64,000 bases of DNA from Octopus sinensis. Taxonomy: Eukaryota. A program made the position numbers and the translations under genes. Where the stretch lies: the NCBI RefSeq assembly GCF_006345805.1, contig NC_043004.1, forward strand, positions 51,150,001-51,214,000. Direction: 5' to 3'. Shown in pieces: positions 38,682-51,307 of the stretch; the first letter of the stretch is position 1, and each line of letters starts with the position of its first letter. The notes below the pieces were generated by a model. The model was not told the DNA's origin and made no database searches. It saw only the letters and a list, made by a program, of their open reading frames with translations.

Positions 38682-39149
38682 GGAATATTTCTCAGACAAG
38701 AGAAGACAGAAAAAGTAAAGTTATTTACTTCAAGATTGCATTCTATCTTAATGTGAACACAAGTATCACTAGCATTACTTTATTTATATGTATTTTTAAG
38801 GGAATCAGACACATCATGAGATAATTAATAGGGATATTCTTAAATTAAGTTTTAGTTCTACTCATAATATGTTACATAAATAGAAACTATTAATTTTTGT
38901 ACTGTTATCCCAATTTGTCTTAATTTCACAAATTACCCATTAAACAATTTAGGTCTTTCAGAATTGATAGCCTGTAGTCCAAAAAATATTTTTCAGTTAA
39001 CAATCCACTCCCTAAAGACTATACTGGTTTGACAAAGTACATCTGGCTTTTAACCTTTTGTCTGTCATGCATATCACATGCGATACACAGGACATATTTC
39101 CCTGGCACCCAGGTATCATATATGATATACACTACCAATGTTTTTCAAC

Positions 39150-39875
39150 CACCAGAAATTGGGAAATGACATGCTGTACTGCTTGGCATTCATGCAGGAA
39201 GCTCCAATATAAACATTTCAGAGTGTTTGGGTGTCAATCTGAGGACATGTACCAAGAGTGCGATAAAAGTCAAACTTCCAGTCAACATCATGATGTTTGG
39301 AGTGATCACTAGTGATGGCAACGTTATGCCTCCATTCATCTTCCCACACTGACTCAGACTCAACACAGAGGCCTACATCAAGTGCCTGCAGGAGGTAGTG
39401 GTGCCCTAAGTCAAGAGGGTGGCTACTGGAAACTCTGTGTCTAGCAATAGGACGCTGCACCATTCCACACAAGCAGGAGAACCCAGTCATGGTTGTCAGA
39501 CAATTTCTGTGGCCACATCACCCCTAACATCTGGCCACCTAACTCCCCAGACTGTAAAACCCTTGATTATTATATGAGGAGTGCAGTTGAGTGAGAGCTC
39601 AACAAAACTCCTTGCAACACCAAAGATGAATTGAAGGCAAGGATTATGGCAGCATTCACTAACTTAAACAGAGAGACCATCCAGAAGAGTTACAGGAGAT
39701 TGCAAAGTTGTCTTGAGGCCATGGTTGAAGCCAATGGCGATTTTATTGAATAAATTTATTCTTTAGTATTTCAAGATATTTTTATGTAATTTTGGTAAAT
39801 ATATCTGTTAAAATGAGATGTCGGTGTTATTTTCACTTTTGCATAATTTAAATGACAGTTTATTCACTGTACCCT
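39150..39875 (+). mobile_element. DD37D (maT-like) deletion derivative retaining its 3' end
   Basis: Same family as 2184-2604 (IMMFGVITSDG...WPPNSPDC). Ends in a TIR-like tattcactgtacccta followed by TA. Confidence 0.8.
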
Positions 39876-40041
39876 ATATAGGCACAGGTGTGACTGTGTG
39901 GTAAGTAGCTTGCTTATCAATCACATGGTTCAAGGTTCAGTCTCACTGCATGGCACATTGAGCAAGAGTCTTCTACTATAGCCTCGGGCTGACCAAAGCC
40001 TTGTGAGTGGATTTGGTAGACGGAAACTGAAAGAAGCCAAT

Positions 40042-40081
<40 letters not shown>

Positions 40082-40335
40082 GTGTCTGTGTTTGTCCCCC
40101 CCACCAGCGTTTGACAACTGATGTTGGTGTGTTTACATCCCATAACTTAGCAGTTCAGCAAAAGAGACTGATAGAATAAGTACTAGGCTTACAAAAAATA
40201 AGTCCTGGGGTCGATTTGTTTGACTAAAGAAGATGCTCCAGCATGGCAACAGTCAAATGACTGAAACAAATAAAAGAATAGAAGAATATACATAAAATAA
40301 TTGATAGGAAAGACAGAGTGTACTGTAAGCTTCCT

Positions 40336-40448
40336 TTAGCACAACAATTGTTTCGGCTTACATCTGCACTGTCCCCTGCTGGAAGAGGTAATCATATAAT
40401 GGAATCAAATGCACCCCACAATGCAGAAGAAACCTCATCAGGTTACAT
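40336..40448 (-). ncRNA. Hammerhead motif with a canonical core and weak stem I
   Basis: CTGATGA-GGTTT..TCTGCAT-(~50 nt loop)-GTGCAGA..AAGCC-GAAAC-AATT (palindromic)-GTT; stem I is only about 2 bp in this copy. Confidence 0.45.
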
Positions 40449-40775
40449 AATATGCTACAGTGTTATATTTCACTATTGTATGTGGCAGGATGGCGTTGGT
40501 ATGATGCATGCATTACAAACTTTTATCAAGGCTTCAGAATCTTTACAAAACTGTTACTCAAAAGTTCTCATTTGTCAGTCATATGTGATGAACATATATA
40601 TATATATATATATATATTATTAATAGTAGTGGTATGACAACAACAGAATGAATGAGACCTCGATATTATGTAAATAGAGGAATTTATCTGTAATATAATA
40701 TGTGACAATTATTCGGTTGTCGGGGTGGAAACCTGCTCCAGCATCTCGTCAGTTATTAAGACAATCACTGTCTTA

Positions 40776-40834
40776 ATAACTGATGAAATGCCGGAGCAGA
40801 TTTCTGCCCCAGCATCAGAAACTCAGAGTTTTAT
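40776..40834 (+). ncRNA. Hammerhead motif in the right arm of an inverted-repeat element
   Basis: ATAA-CTGATGA-(A)ATGCCGG...CCAGCAT(C)-A-GAAAC-TCAGA-GTT-TTAT; stem I is only 4 A-U pairs. Confidence 0.5.
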
Positions 40835-41289
40835 CACAACAACCGAATAATTGTCACATATTATATTACATATATATATATATATATATCATCATCATCA
40901 TCATCATATATATACATACATACACACACGTGTGTGTGTGTGAGAGAGAGAGAGAGAGTGTGTAAGTTTGTTAGATTTACTTCATCCATTTGTTTGAATT
41001 GAAAATTATTTAAATGTAAAAACTCAGAACTCAGAGTCACATTTGGTGAAATATTCATTTTCCGCATGAAAAGTCAACTGTTTTATCCACCATGGAACAA
41101 TGAAAGGCAAGTGTAATCAGAACAGGACATTTTTTATTCAACACTCTACCAAATCTGCCATTTAAACATAAATATAACCATAACTATATGCTAGTACACA
41201 TGCTGTAACATTATATCATGGAACATGGGTAATGTCACAGTTAAAGATTACAATAACAGGATGTATGTATGTGTGTGTGCATGTGTGTG

Positions 41290-41990
41290 TATATGTGTAT
41301 GGGTGGGCTAGGGGAGTGAATGTATGCATGTCTGTGAATAAGTGTGTGTGTGTGAGTGTATGCGTGTGAGTGTCTATAAATATGTGTATGTGTATTTGAG
41401 TATGGGTGGACTATGGGAATGAGTGTGTGTGTGTGTGAATGTATGCATGTGAGTGTGTATATGTGTGTGTCGGTGAGTATAGGTGGACTATGGGAATGAG
41501 TGTGTGTGTGTGTGTGTGAATGTATGTATGTGAGTGTGTATATATATGTGTGTATGAGTGTCTGAGTATGGGTGGACTATGGAATGAGTGTGTGTGTGTG
41601 TGTGTGTACATATGGTGGGTGATATAATAGTGAATGTGTGTATGTATGTGTGAAGCGTGAACATATATTTATGTATGTGTGTATAGGTGGGGGTAGCTAT
41701 GGGAGTGAATGTGTGTGTGTTTGTGTGTGCATGTATGTGTGTAAACATGCGTGTATATGTGAGGGTATGCATGCGTATGGGTAAGCTGTGTGAGTGTGTG
41801 TGTGTGTGTAAGTGGGGGTTCTGGGAGTTAACGTGTATATGTACATGTGTGTATCTGTCTGTGTGTACATGCATATGAGTTGGCTATAGTAGTTAGTGTG
41901 TGTATATGTATGTGTGTGAGTGCATATATGTGTGTGTGGGGGCTATGGGAGTAAGTATGTGTATTGCATGAGGTGTGTGTGTGTTTATGG
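41290..41990. repeat. TG-rich minisatellite with ~80-90-bp units
   Basis: Recurrent GGTGGACTATGGGAATGAGTG anchor (near 41404, 41482 and 41571, plus diverged copies) separated by (TG)n. Confidence 0.75.
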
Positions 41991-42258
41991 GTGCGGGTGT
42001 AGCAGCCCAAATGTGTAGTAGATATTTTTAGACCAATTATCTACCCCTGACTGATATTACAATGAGACAAATGACATTCAAGCTTTACTTCTTATTTCTA
42101 TTTATTGTTTTTAGATAAATTGTATTTTCTGATGTCCATGTTGCTGCTGTTGTTGTTGGTGGTGGTGGTGTTTTTATTATTATAACACCCCAGGACTCGA
42201 AATATATTAAACAAAAAAAACGATGACAATTTGTAGAATCACATCAGCTATTTAATAA

Positions 42259-42289
<31 letters not shown>

Positions 42290-42725
42290 TTAAAGGCAGT
42301 GCTCCAGCATGGCCACGGTCAAATGACTGAAACAAATAAAAGAGTACATAAACACCAGCATATTCACACACACACACACACACAGACACACAGATTTATA
42401 TATTCACACATACAGTTTCTAATAAACACAAATACAGCTATTTAATAACATAGGTAAACACATATACAATAACATATTCGCACACACAACTATTACTAAC
42501 ACGGATACTGCTTTTTTATAGCACACACACACACATTAATATATTTATACACATAGATAGTATTAATCCACACAAAGCTATTTAAAAACACACTTATACA
42601 AATATAGTCAAACTTTTACATCCATTTATAAACAGACACACATTATTTAACAAACACATACACACTAATACATGCACACATACAACCGTTATTAACCTAC
42701 ATAGAGTAGTTAGTAACGCACACAC

Positions 42726-42776
<51 letters not shown>

Positions 42777-42880
42777 CTAATAAAGTCACACTTATTCAAT
42801 GACACACATTAACATAAGTCATACACAACGCACATACAGTAAACCTTTTCATACACACATCTATTACAAACACGCACACA

Positions 42881-42927
<47 letters not shown>

Positions 42928-43389
42928 TAACATATTCAGTATTTCTCCTATTTGGTCAACCCATATGACATGAGTGAAATTGGGTTGTGTGCGTGTGTGT
43001 TGTGCGTATGTGTATTGCGTGTGTGCATGGTGTGTGTGTGTTACTCTCCTTGCCTTGATATCATGTGATAGTTGTAAACGAGGGTCACTCTCATATAAGC
43101 AGTGTCCTTCTAAGTTTCTTCAAGTGTCTTCTACTATATATATTCAAAACTTCCATTATTTGGTAATAAAAACCCTGCCTCGCTCTCCCATCCAGTAAAT
43201 ATTATCGCTGACATCCTTCCAGACTCTTTCTATACTAACCTACCTCACACTGCCAATGTTGCTACAATACAAACTTCCTGCTTTCCATTTTAAAAGTGAT
43301 TTGAGTTAAAAACCTTCCATCAAAATTTCATATTAAATTATGTCCTGAATGTTGAGTAATGACCAAATGAGTGTGATTGCAAATACAAG

Positions 43390-43760
43390 CAGCAAAAATG
43401 GAGTTGGGCTCTCATAACTAAGAGCCCTGCCAAGTCCAAGCCAAGCTGGAGAACCATCGAGAACATCAGATGGTACCATTGTGTTTCCGACAAAGAACTG
43501 CATGCGCACACTTGTCAGCCTGCAGCCTCCCACCTCATAGCTACCCACTGTATGCACTGGTACAGACATGTTCTCCATTTCCTTCTAGATCATCCTATCA
43601 GAGCTTTACTTTCATTCAATGCAGCAACTGTGGGCTAGAAGAGGCCTCGTGGCAGGCCCTGTACCAGATGGCTAGACTCAGACATGATTGTGGAAGATTT
43701 CTAGAGGCTCGACATCACCATGAAAGATGCAGAAGGGCATTACCTGGGATGACTCCAACC
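43390..43760 (+). mobile_element. Decayed RTE-like LINE 3' coding fragment
   Basis: Broken frames include ..G*KRPRGRPCTRWLD.., the GRPxxRWxD motif of RTE ORF C-termini. Confidence 0.55.
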
Positions 43761-44506
43761 CCATCAAGCAAGAGCATAAAGCAAGCAAAAAGAAGTAGAG
43801 ATAAGGTTCTTCCAAAAGTTCTCTGGAATAACATTACTCAACAGGGTGCATAGCTCAGAGATCAGGAGGTGAGGGGGTCACTCCATGTTGAGTCACTACT
43901 TCTCTGCATTGAGAGATTACAGCTTCAAAATGTTGCAGGAAAGAATTGCAAGACAGATTCTTCAAACTGAGCCAACCAGCAGGAAATCTAGGGGCAAAAC
44001 AAGGATGAGATGATTGGATAATAAGCATAGGCACAGGAGTGGCTGTGCGGTAAGTAGCTTGCTAACCAACCACATGGTTCCGGGTTCAGTCCCACTGCGT
44101 GACACCTTGGGCAAGTGTCTTCTGCTATAGCCCCAGGCCGACCAATGCCTTGTGAGACACACACATATATATACATATATACGACGGGCTTCTTTCAGTT
44201 TCCGTCTACCAAATCCACTCACAAGGCTTTGGTCGGCCCGAGGCTATAGTAGAAGACACTTGCCCAAGGTGCCACGCAGTAGGACTGAACCCGGAACCAT
44301 GTGGTTGGTAATAGTAATTTATATTTAAGTATTTTTAAACTGAACAAGAGGACAGAGACAAAAAGATGTGACAGAAAAATCAAATGTGAGGTTTTGTGGT
44401 TTCACAACTAAGTTGAAGTTGTAATCACACAGCAAAATAGTATAGTTGGTTATATACAAATATACATACATACATGTCTGTGTGTGTGCATATATATGTA
44501 TATATA

Positions 44507-44890
44507 TGGAGGCACAATGGCCCAGTGGTTAGGGCAGCGGACTCGCGGTTGTAAGATTGCGGTTTTGATTCCCAGACCGGGCGTTGTGAGTGTTTATTGA
44601 GCGAAAACACCTAAAAGCTTCACGAGGCTCCGGCAGGGATGGTGGTGATCCCTGCTGTACTCTTTCACCACAACTTTCTCTCACTCTTACTTCCTGTTTC
44701 TGTTGTACCTGTATTTCAAAGGGCCAGCCTTGTCACTCTCTGTGTCACGCTGAATATCACTGAGAACTACGTTAAGTACACGTGTCTGTGGAGTGCTCAG
44801 CCACTTACACATTAACTTCACGAGCAGGCTGTTCCGTTGATCGGATCAACCGGAACCCTCGTCATCATAACCGATGGAGTGCTTCCATGT
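44507..44890 (+). mobile_element. tRNA-derived SINE family A, tail type b (also ~21762-22138, minus)
   Basis: Same head as family A, but the tail reads ...cacgctgaatatc...gagcaggctgttccgttgatcggatcaaccggaaccctcgtc...ggagtgcttcca. Confidence 0.85.
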
Positions 44891-45485
44891 CCATATATAT
44901 ATGGTCAGATCACTCATGGGTACTATTGGTAACATGTATCCCAGTACAACCTGTTGCATGGTCAGGTCAGCGGTGACTGAACTGGGAACCCCATCAAGCT
45001 TGCTTGGTGAGGAGGGTGATTGTTGGACACACTGCAGTACAAAAAATAAGACCTTTCAAAGGGTGGAAGAGCTCATGAGTGGTCAATGGCCATCCAACAA
45101 TATGTGTACATGTGGATGTATGCATGTATGTATGTATGTGCAGGGACATGGAAATACCTGGCTTGGCCCACTGGGAGTAGGAGGCTCTTCTGTTGTTGTT
45201 ACAATATCTCTCAAGGAGAAAGAAACTCTGTGAGAAAACCTGGGAACTGACAATATTTGATGATGTAAACTAGTTCTTCTTTTCGAGTTTATGTTGTCCC
45301 TGTTCAGAGAGTGGGATTGGATTTGTGCAAATCCTTCCCCGCTATAAAAATCATCACACACAGGCACCGCTTGAAAAGAAAGTAAGACCTGTTGCAAAAA
45401 TGGCTGGTCATAGCCCTCACATATGTAGGGCTTTCAATCAAGTGACAGCAATACTCGAACACATGTTTGTAGCCATCATTACACA

Positions 45486-46792
45486 CAGGGTGTGATGGAT
45501 AAATTGTCTCCATTTTATATTCATAATTACATGCATGTGCATTGTTTGTTTTTGATTTTGTTGCTTACAGAGTATTGTAGAGTCAGTTGGGCAGCATCTG
45601 TGAGATAAAGAGCACCATGACACTATTCACTTTGCCAGAAATTTGGAAATGACATGCTGTACAGCTTGGCATTTGAACCGGAAGCTCCAATATGAACATT
45701 TCAGAGTGTTTGGGTGTCAATCTGAGGACATGTATGGAGAGTGATAAAAATCAAACATCCAGTCGACATCATGGTGTTTGGAGTGATCACTAGTGATGGC
45801 GACGTTATGCCTCCATTTATCTTCCCACACGGCCTCAACATGGAGGCCTACATCAAGTACTTGGAGGAGGTAGTGCTTCCCTGAGTCAAGAGGATGGCTA
45901 CGAGAAGACCCTATGTCTGGCAACAAGTCTCTGCACCATGCTACACAAGTAGGAGAAACCAGTCATTGCTATCAGACAATTTCTGCAACCACATCAACAC
46001 TAACATCCGGCCATCTAACTCCGCAGTGTTGGTTGTAGTAGATGGAGGCATAACGTCACCATTATTAGTCATCACTTCAAACACCATGATGTTGAATGGA
46101 TGTTTGGTTTTTATCATTCTCAGTACATGTTTTGTGGACATGGCAAGCCAACAGTTGTTCTGTATGTTCTCCATCTGATCCTGGCAAAAATACTTCTCGT
46201 CTGAGAAAACCAAAGCATGTTCGGTTGGAGGGGGATACCTGAGTTTGTTCAAAACCTTTGTAGTGCAGTCTTTGATCTTGACCCTGATGTTTAGAAATTG
46301 GCCCCTTTCTCATCTTGTATGAGGAATACCAAATGTCTTCATGCACTACTTGCCTGATAAGAAACTCAGATACTCCAGTGTTCCTGGTGATGAACCTGAT
46401 TGAAGGATCATTATCAATCATGGCCTGGATCTCACCAACAAATCCAGGAATTCTTTTCTTTTCAGAATGATCAGAGTGAGTTTTCCAAGCTGCCGTACCT
46501 TCGTAATCACCATTAGACTCATCCGACTCTTTCCAGTTCCTCTGCACTCTCCTCAGATTGACACACAAACACTCTGAAATATTCGTATCGGGGCTTCTGG
46601 TGAGAATACCAAGCAGTACAGCATGTCGATTCCAAATTTCTGGCAAAGTGAATTGCATCATGGTGCTGTTTTTCTCACAGATAGTGCCCAACAGACCCTA
46701 CTATGCTGTGTAGTCGACAAAATCAAAAACAAACAATGCACATGCGCAAAATAAAAAATATAAAATGGCGGCAATTTACCCATCATACTCTG
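45486..46792. mobile_element. Two maT-like copies in inverted (tail-to-tail) arrangement: + 45486-~46025 and - ~46035-46792
   Basis: The + copy starts cagggtgtgatggataaattg. The - copy starts, on the reverse strand, cagagtatgatgggtaaattg and carries the N-terminal transposase ORF 46077-46691. Confidence 0.8.
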
Positions 46793-47519
46793 TATATATA
46801 AATATATATAGAAGTGAGTAGACAAATAAAAAAAATTTTATTTAAAAGTTTCATTGCAATTGTGATAAGAATTTTGCTTCCCGGCCACGTGTCAAAGATA
46901 CGCGTGTCTTTACATGGTTGCTCAACTTGCTAGAAATAGCAGCTAAATTTCTCTCAAATCAACCCTACTGTCTTACAAAGTGAACACATGTACACCAAAG
47001 ATTAAGCAGTTCTGGATACACCATCCTTTTTTTTAAATCAGTGGTTTTCAATCTTTTTAACTTTGTCATATACCATGGATCAATCACAGGATAATGCTCC
47101 ACATTTAAATTGCCATTTAACACTGATAATTAATATAGCAAATACAACCATTTAAAAACCACTCTTTATCATTTTTGTTTTATCAGACCAGATATGGGGA
47201 TATGAAGTGTTGTTGTCAAAATTTTGCTGTTGCTGTTGGTGATGATGGCAGTGGTGGTGGTAGTGTTTAAATACTATAGCTATATCAAATAAGGTTAGCA
47301 ATTACTATTTAGAGCTTGTATCAAAATACACAAAATTTTCATAGGAAGGAAGTGGGGGAGAGAGAGAGACTGAGACAGACAGACTGAGAGAAAGAGATGC
47401 ACAAGCAGAGAGAGACTATTATATGTCAGAGATGTTATTGAAAAGTGTCAAATTTTTTGCATTGTCATATCAAAGCTGTCTAAAATATGCAACTTTTTTT
47501 TTTGGCAAGGAAGGGGTGT

Positions 47520-47936
47520 GAACGTGTGTGTGTGTGTGTGTGAATGTGTGAATGTATGTGTGTGTGAATGTGTGAATGTGTGTGTGTGAATGTGTGAGTG
47601 TGTGTGTGAGTGTGTGTGTGTTGTGTGTGAATGTGTGAGTGTGTGTGAATGTGTGTGTGTGAATGTGTGAGTGTGTGTGTGTGAATGTGTGAGTGTGTGT
47701 GTGTGTATGTGTGTGTGTGTGTGAATGTGTGAGTGTGTGTGTGTGAATGTGTGTGTGAGTGTGTGTGAATGTGTGTGTGAGTGTGTGTGTGTGTATGTGT
47801 GTGTGGTGTGAGTGTGTGTGTGTGTGGTGTGTGTGAATGTGTGAGTGTGTGTGAATGTGTGTGTGTGTGAATGTGTGAGTGTGTGTGTGTGTGAATGTGT
47901 GAGTGTGTGTGTGTGTATGTGTGTGTGTGTGTGTGA

Positions 47937-47984
<48 letters not shown>

Positions 47985-47985
47985 T
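47520..47985. repeat. Compound (TG)n/TGAA/TGAG microsatellite
   Basis: Visible directly in the sequence. Confidence 0.9.
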
Positions 47986-48724
47986 ACATCTCCCTTTATA
48001 TATATTTTTTTTAAATTTCAAAGGAAATTTAATATTTTTATAATTATCATTATGCTTTTTTAAAAATCAAATTGAATATAAAATATTGATAGAAAGAAAA
48101 ACAAAAAAAATGAATAATATCCCCAAGTGAATCTGATTCACTAAAAAACTACTAAATCTTTAAAAATTCAATATGGACCGTTTCACTATTCACTGAACTT
48201 TATTCATTCATTCTGTAATGAATAATGAGTGGTACTGTTTACACAGATAATTAATTTTTTTTTTTATTAATTAATCATATGTATTAAATGGTAATCTATT
48301 TTAGCAGTGTTATCATGAAATGAATAGCCGCCGAAGTAAGGAATTTAAACATAAAAGACTAGTTCAAAATTCAGTGACTGTTATTAATATGATGTTTAAT
48401 TAATTTTACAAATTAGAAATTGAATAAATACCATCTTTTTTGTCTTTTTTTTCTTTTTAACTTATTATCATCATTCTTTCATAATCGTTTTAACATCTGC
48501 TATTTCACACTTGTATGGTTCAGAGACAATTTTTTTGAAACAGATTTTTCTGTAGCTGGATGCTTTCCTTGTCAGCAAACTTCGCCTCTTTTCACGTCCA
48601 CGAGCAGACATGCTTTTGACGCAAAGACTGGAAACAAACAACACTGCTTGTATGATGGTGATGCTTGTTTACAATCAGCATGTGAAGTCAAGACAAGAGT
48701 AAACACACACATGCACACAATATA

Positions 48725-48955
48725 TATTTCTTTACTACCCACAAGGGGCTAAACACAGAGAGGACAAACAAGGACAGACAAACGGATTAAGTCGATTACA
48801 TCGACCCCAGTGCGTAACTGGTACTTATTTAATCGACCCCGAAAGGATGAAAGGCAAAGTCGACCTCGGCGGAATTTGAACTCAGAACGTAACAGCAGAC
48901 AAAATACAGCTACGCATTTCGCCCAACGTGCTAACGTTTCTGCCAGCTCGCCGCA
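48725..48955 (-). mobile_element. SINE family D. Other copies (approximate): 3240-3430 -, 6050-6275 +, 15370-15605 -, 53370-53510 +, 56410-56610 -
   Basis: GCGAGCTGGCAGAAACGTTAGC...GAGTTCAAATTCCGCCGAGGTCGACTTTGCCTTTCATCCTTTCGGGGTCGAT...AAGTACCAG recurs many times. Confidence 0.85.
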
Positions 48956-49423
48956 CACAATATATATGCACACACATGCACATGCATGCGCACCCGCGCG
49001 CACACACACACACACACTCTTTCCACAGTAGGCAAAAGGCTTGAAATTTTAAGGAGGAGGAGGAGGATAATGAGGAGGAAAAGAATGAGGATGAGTACAA
49101 GGAGGAGGATGATGATGATGATGACGACGCAGAGGGCAAAGAAGAGAACAATGACGATGACAGTGATGACCCTGACGTTACCAGTCCTGCTTGAGTTGTA
49201 CAGACGCTACCTTGTCCAGTGTCAGAATCAGAAATTCAAGGGACCAACAAATGGTTAGTTAAAAATTCATAATCAACATCACAAGGCTTTGGTTAGCCTC
49301 AAGGATACAGTAGAAAGAACTTGATCAAGGTGCCATGCAGTGGGACTGAAACCAGAACCATGTGGTTTGGGAACAAGCTACTTACCACCCAACCACACCA
49401 ATGCCATAAAGAAAATAAATAAA

Positions 49424-49824
49424 ACTAGCAGTATCGCCCGGCATTGCTCGGGTTTGTAAGGGAAATAACTATATAAGCATTTTTAGAGATGTAAAGTATA
49501 ATAGCCATCTCAATATGGCTAACCACAAAAGGGGAGGGGGTGTTACTGTAGCCTTTTACGTTCTGAGATTTAATAATAAATTTTTAGAGAGTTACTTCCC
49601 TTATATATGCCAAAAATGTATTAAAAATGGGAAAAATTGATGGTAAATTTTTTTTTAAATCGTAGACTCATCGTAGACGCGCGCTAATACCCAGAAGGCT
49701 CGATATGAATCACGACTATAAGATACCCAGTTTTGGTTAAACTGCACCGCAAAATGTGGGAGTAGTTAGGAATCTAAATCATAGGAGACAGACAGCACAC
49801 AACCTCACTTTTATATATAAAGAT
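49424..49824 (+). mobile_element. Non-autonomous Helentron-like element, family 2
   Basis: Starts ACTAGCAGTATCGCCCGGCATTGCTCGGG, has internal short repeats (atcgtagactcatcgtagac) and ends cttttatatataaagat. Confidence 0.65.
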
Positions 49825-50051
49825 TGCAAAAGACACTCACAAAAGGTTTCTTCTTCTTTTTCTCAATAAGATCTTTTTTCCAAGGCGGAATGGTGTTTCT
49901 GGGTTTGTCAGTAGCTGTGGTTTCTGTTTGTTTCTCTTCTCGAGAGTGCTTTTTTGATTCTCTATGAGACCTGAAATTTAGAAGAAAAAAAAAGAAAAGG
50001 TAAAATAGCATGGAAAATGTTATACTTCCTTTCTTTTATATATATATATAT

Positions 50052-50451
50052 ACTAGCAGTATCGCCCGGCGTTGCTCGGGTTTGTAAGGGAAATAACTAT
50101 ATAAGCATTTTTAGAGAGTTATAGCCAAAAAATAGCAAAAAAATGCATGAAAAATGGGAAAAAAATTATGGTAAATTTTTTTTTAAATCGTTGACTCATC
50201 GTAGACATTTTTAGAGAGTTACTTCCCTTATATAATAGCGAAAAAATGCATTAAAATGGAAAAAAATGATGGTAAATTTTTTTTTAAATCGTAGACTCAT
50301 CGTAGACACGCGCTAACACCCAGACGGGCTCGATATGAATCACAACTATAAGATACCCGGTTTTGGTTAAACTGCACTGCAAAATGTGGGAGTAGTTAGG
50401 AATCTAAATCGTAGGAGACAGACACACAACTTCACTTTTATATATAAAGAT
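50052..50451 (+). mobile_element. Non-autonomous Helentron-like element, family 2, neighbouring copy
   Basis: Same termini as 49424-49824, with a different internal repeat arrangement. Confidence 0.65.
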
Positions 50452-50924
50452 ATTTCGTTTTTGGATTTGGTTTGCAAGATTCTTTATATGAGTTTGTGTG
50501 TCGAATATTCTGTTGTGTCTGGGGAGAGTCATTTTTGGGGGGGGGGCCTTATAATTTAACACACTCACCGGTAAAATTTCCACTTATTTCTTATTTTTAT
50601 TTTCCTAAAATTTTCATTGCGTCTTGCAACCTTTTCAATAGTCTTGACTCTGTCTGTTATTTACACTGCGTTCCCTTTTGTCTGTTTGTGAGCATGTGTG
50701 TGGGTCAATGTGTGTGTGTGTGCCTATACATGCATGCATGTATGTATGTATGTGTATATGTATGTTTGCATGTGTATGTATGTATATATATGTGTGTGTA
50801 TGCATATGTATATATGTATGTACGTGTGTGCATCTGTATGTATGATGTAATACATAATTCTCCTTAACACTAAACGGCATAAAAATTAAAAGAAAATTTT
50901 AAAAACCAGTGTGTGTATATATAT

Positions 50925-51262
50925 ATGGTGACCCCCTTCGGTCAGACACTGACCATGGGTTTGCACCTAGAGAGTTACCCTCTGAGGCACAAGTCTGGGC
51001 AAGGTTGTTTTTTATGGAAGACCAGCAGTCGCCCATGCATACCGGCCTCCCCTCTCCACGTCACCAATGTTGTCCAAGGGAAAGGCAAGGGCCGATACAG
51101 CTTGGCACCTGTGACGTCGCAACTCATTTCTACAGCTGAGTGAACTGGAGCAATGTGAAATAAAGTGTCTTGCTCAAGAACACAACACGTAGCCCGGTCC
51201 GGGATTCGAGCTCACAACCTCACGATTGTAAGCTCAACGCTCTAACCACTGAGCCATGTGCC
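50925..51262 (-). mobile_element. tRNA-derived SINE family C. Other copies (approximate): 1300-1635 -, 11270-11610 +, 52025-52530 +, 57225-57560 +, 59394-59710 -
   Basis: Head GGCTCAGTGGTTAGAGCG...GCTCGAATCCCGG, then GTGTTGTGTTCTTGAGCAAGACACTTT (CORE/Meta-like central motif; inference). Confidence 0.85.

Positions 51263-51307
<45 letters not shown>

Noticed and set aside
41290-41990. CRISPR-like repeat-spacer array
   Set aside because: The spacers are low-complexity TG tracts, the context is eukaryotic, and there are no cas genes.
44507-44580. tRNA gene calls for SINE heads
   Set aside because: The heads run into non-tRNA bodies, lack a proper acceptor stem and terminator, and recur as dispersed SINE copies.
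47039-47164. Possible third hAT MITE starting CAGTGGTTTTCAA
   Set aside because: The right end is poor and there is no matching 8-bp TSD.
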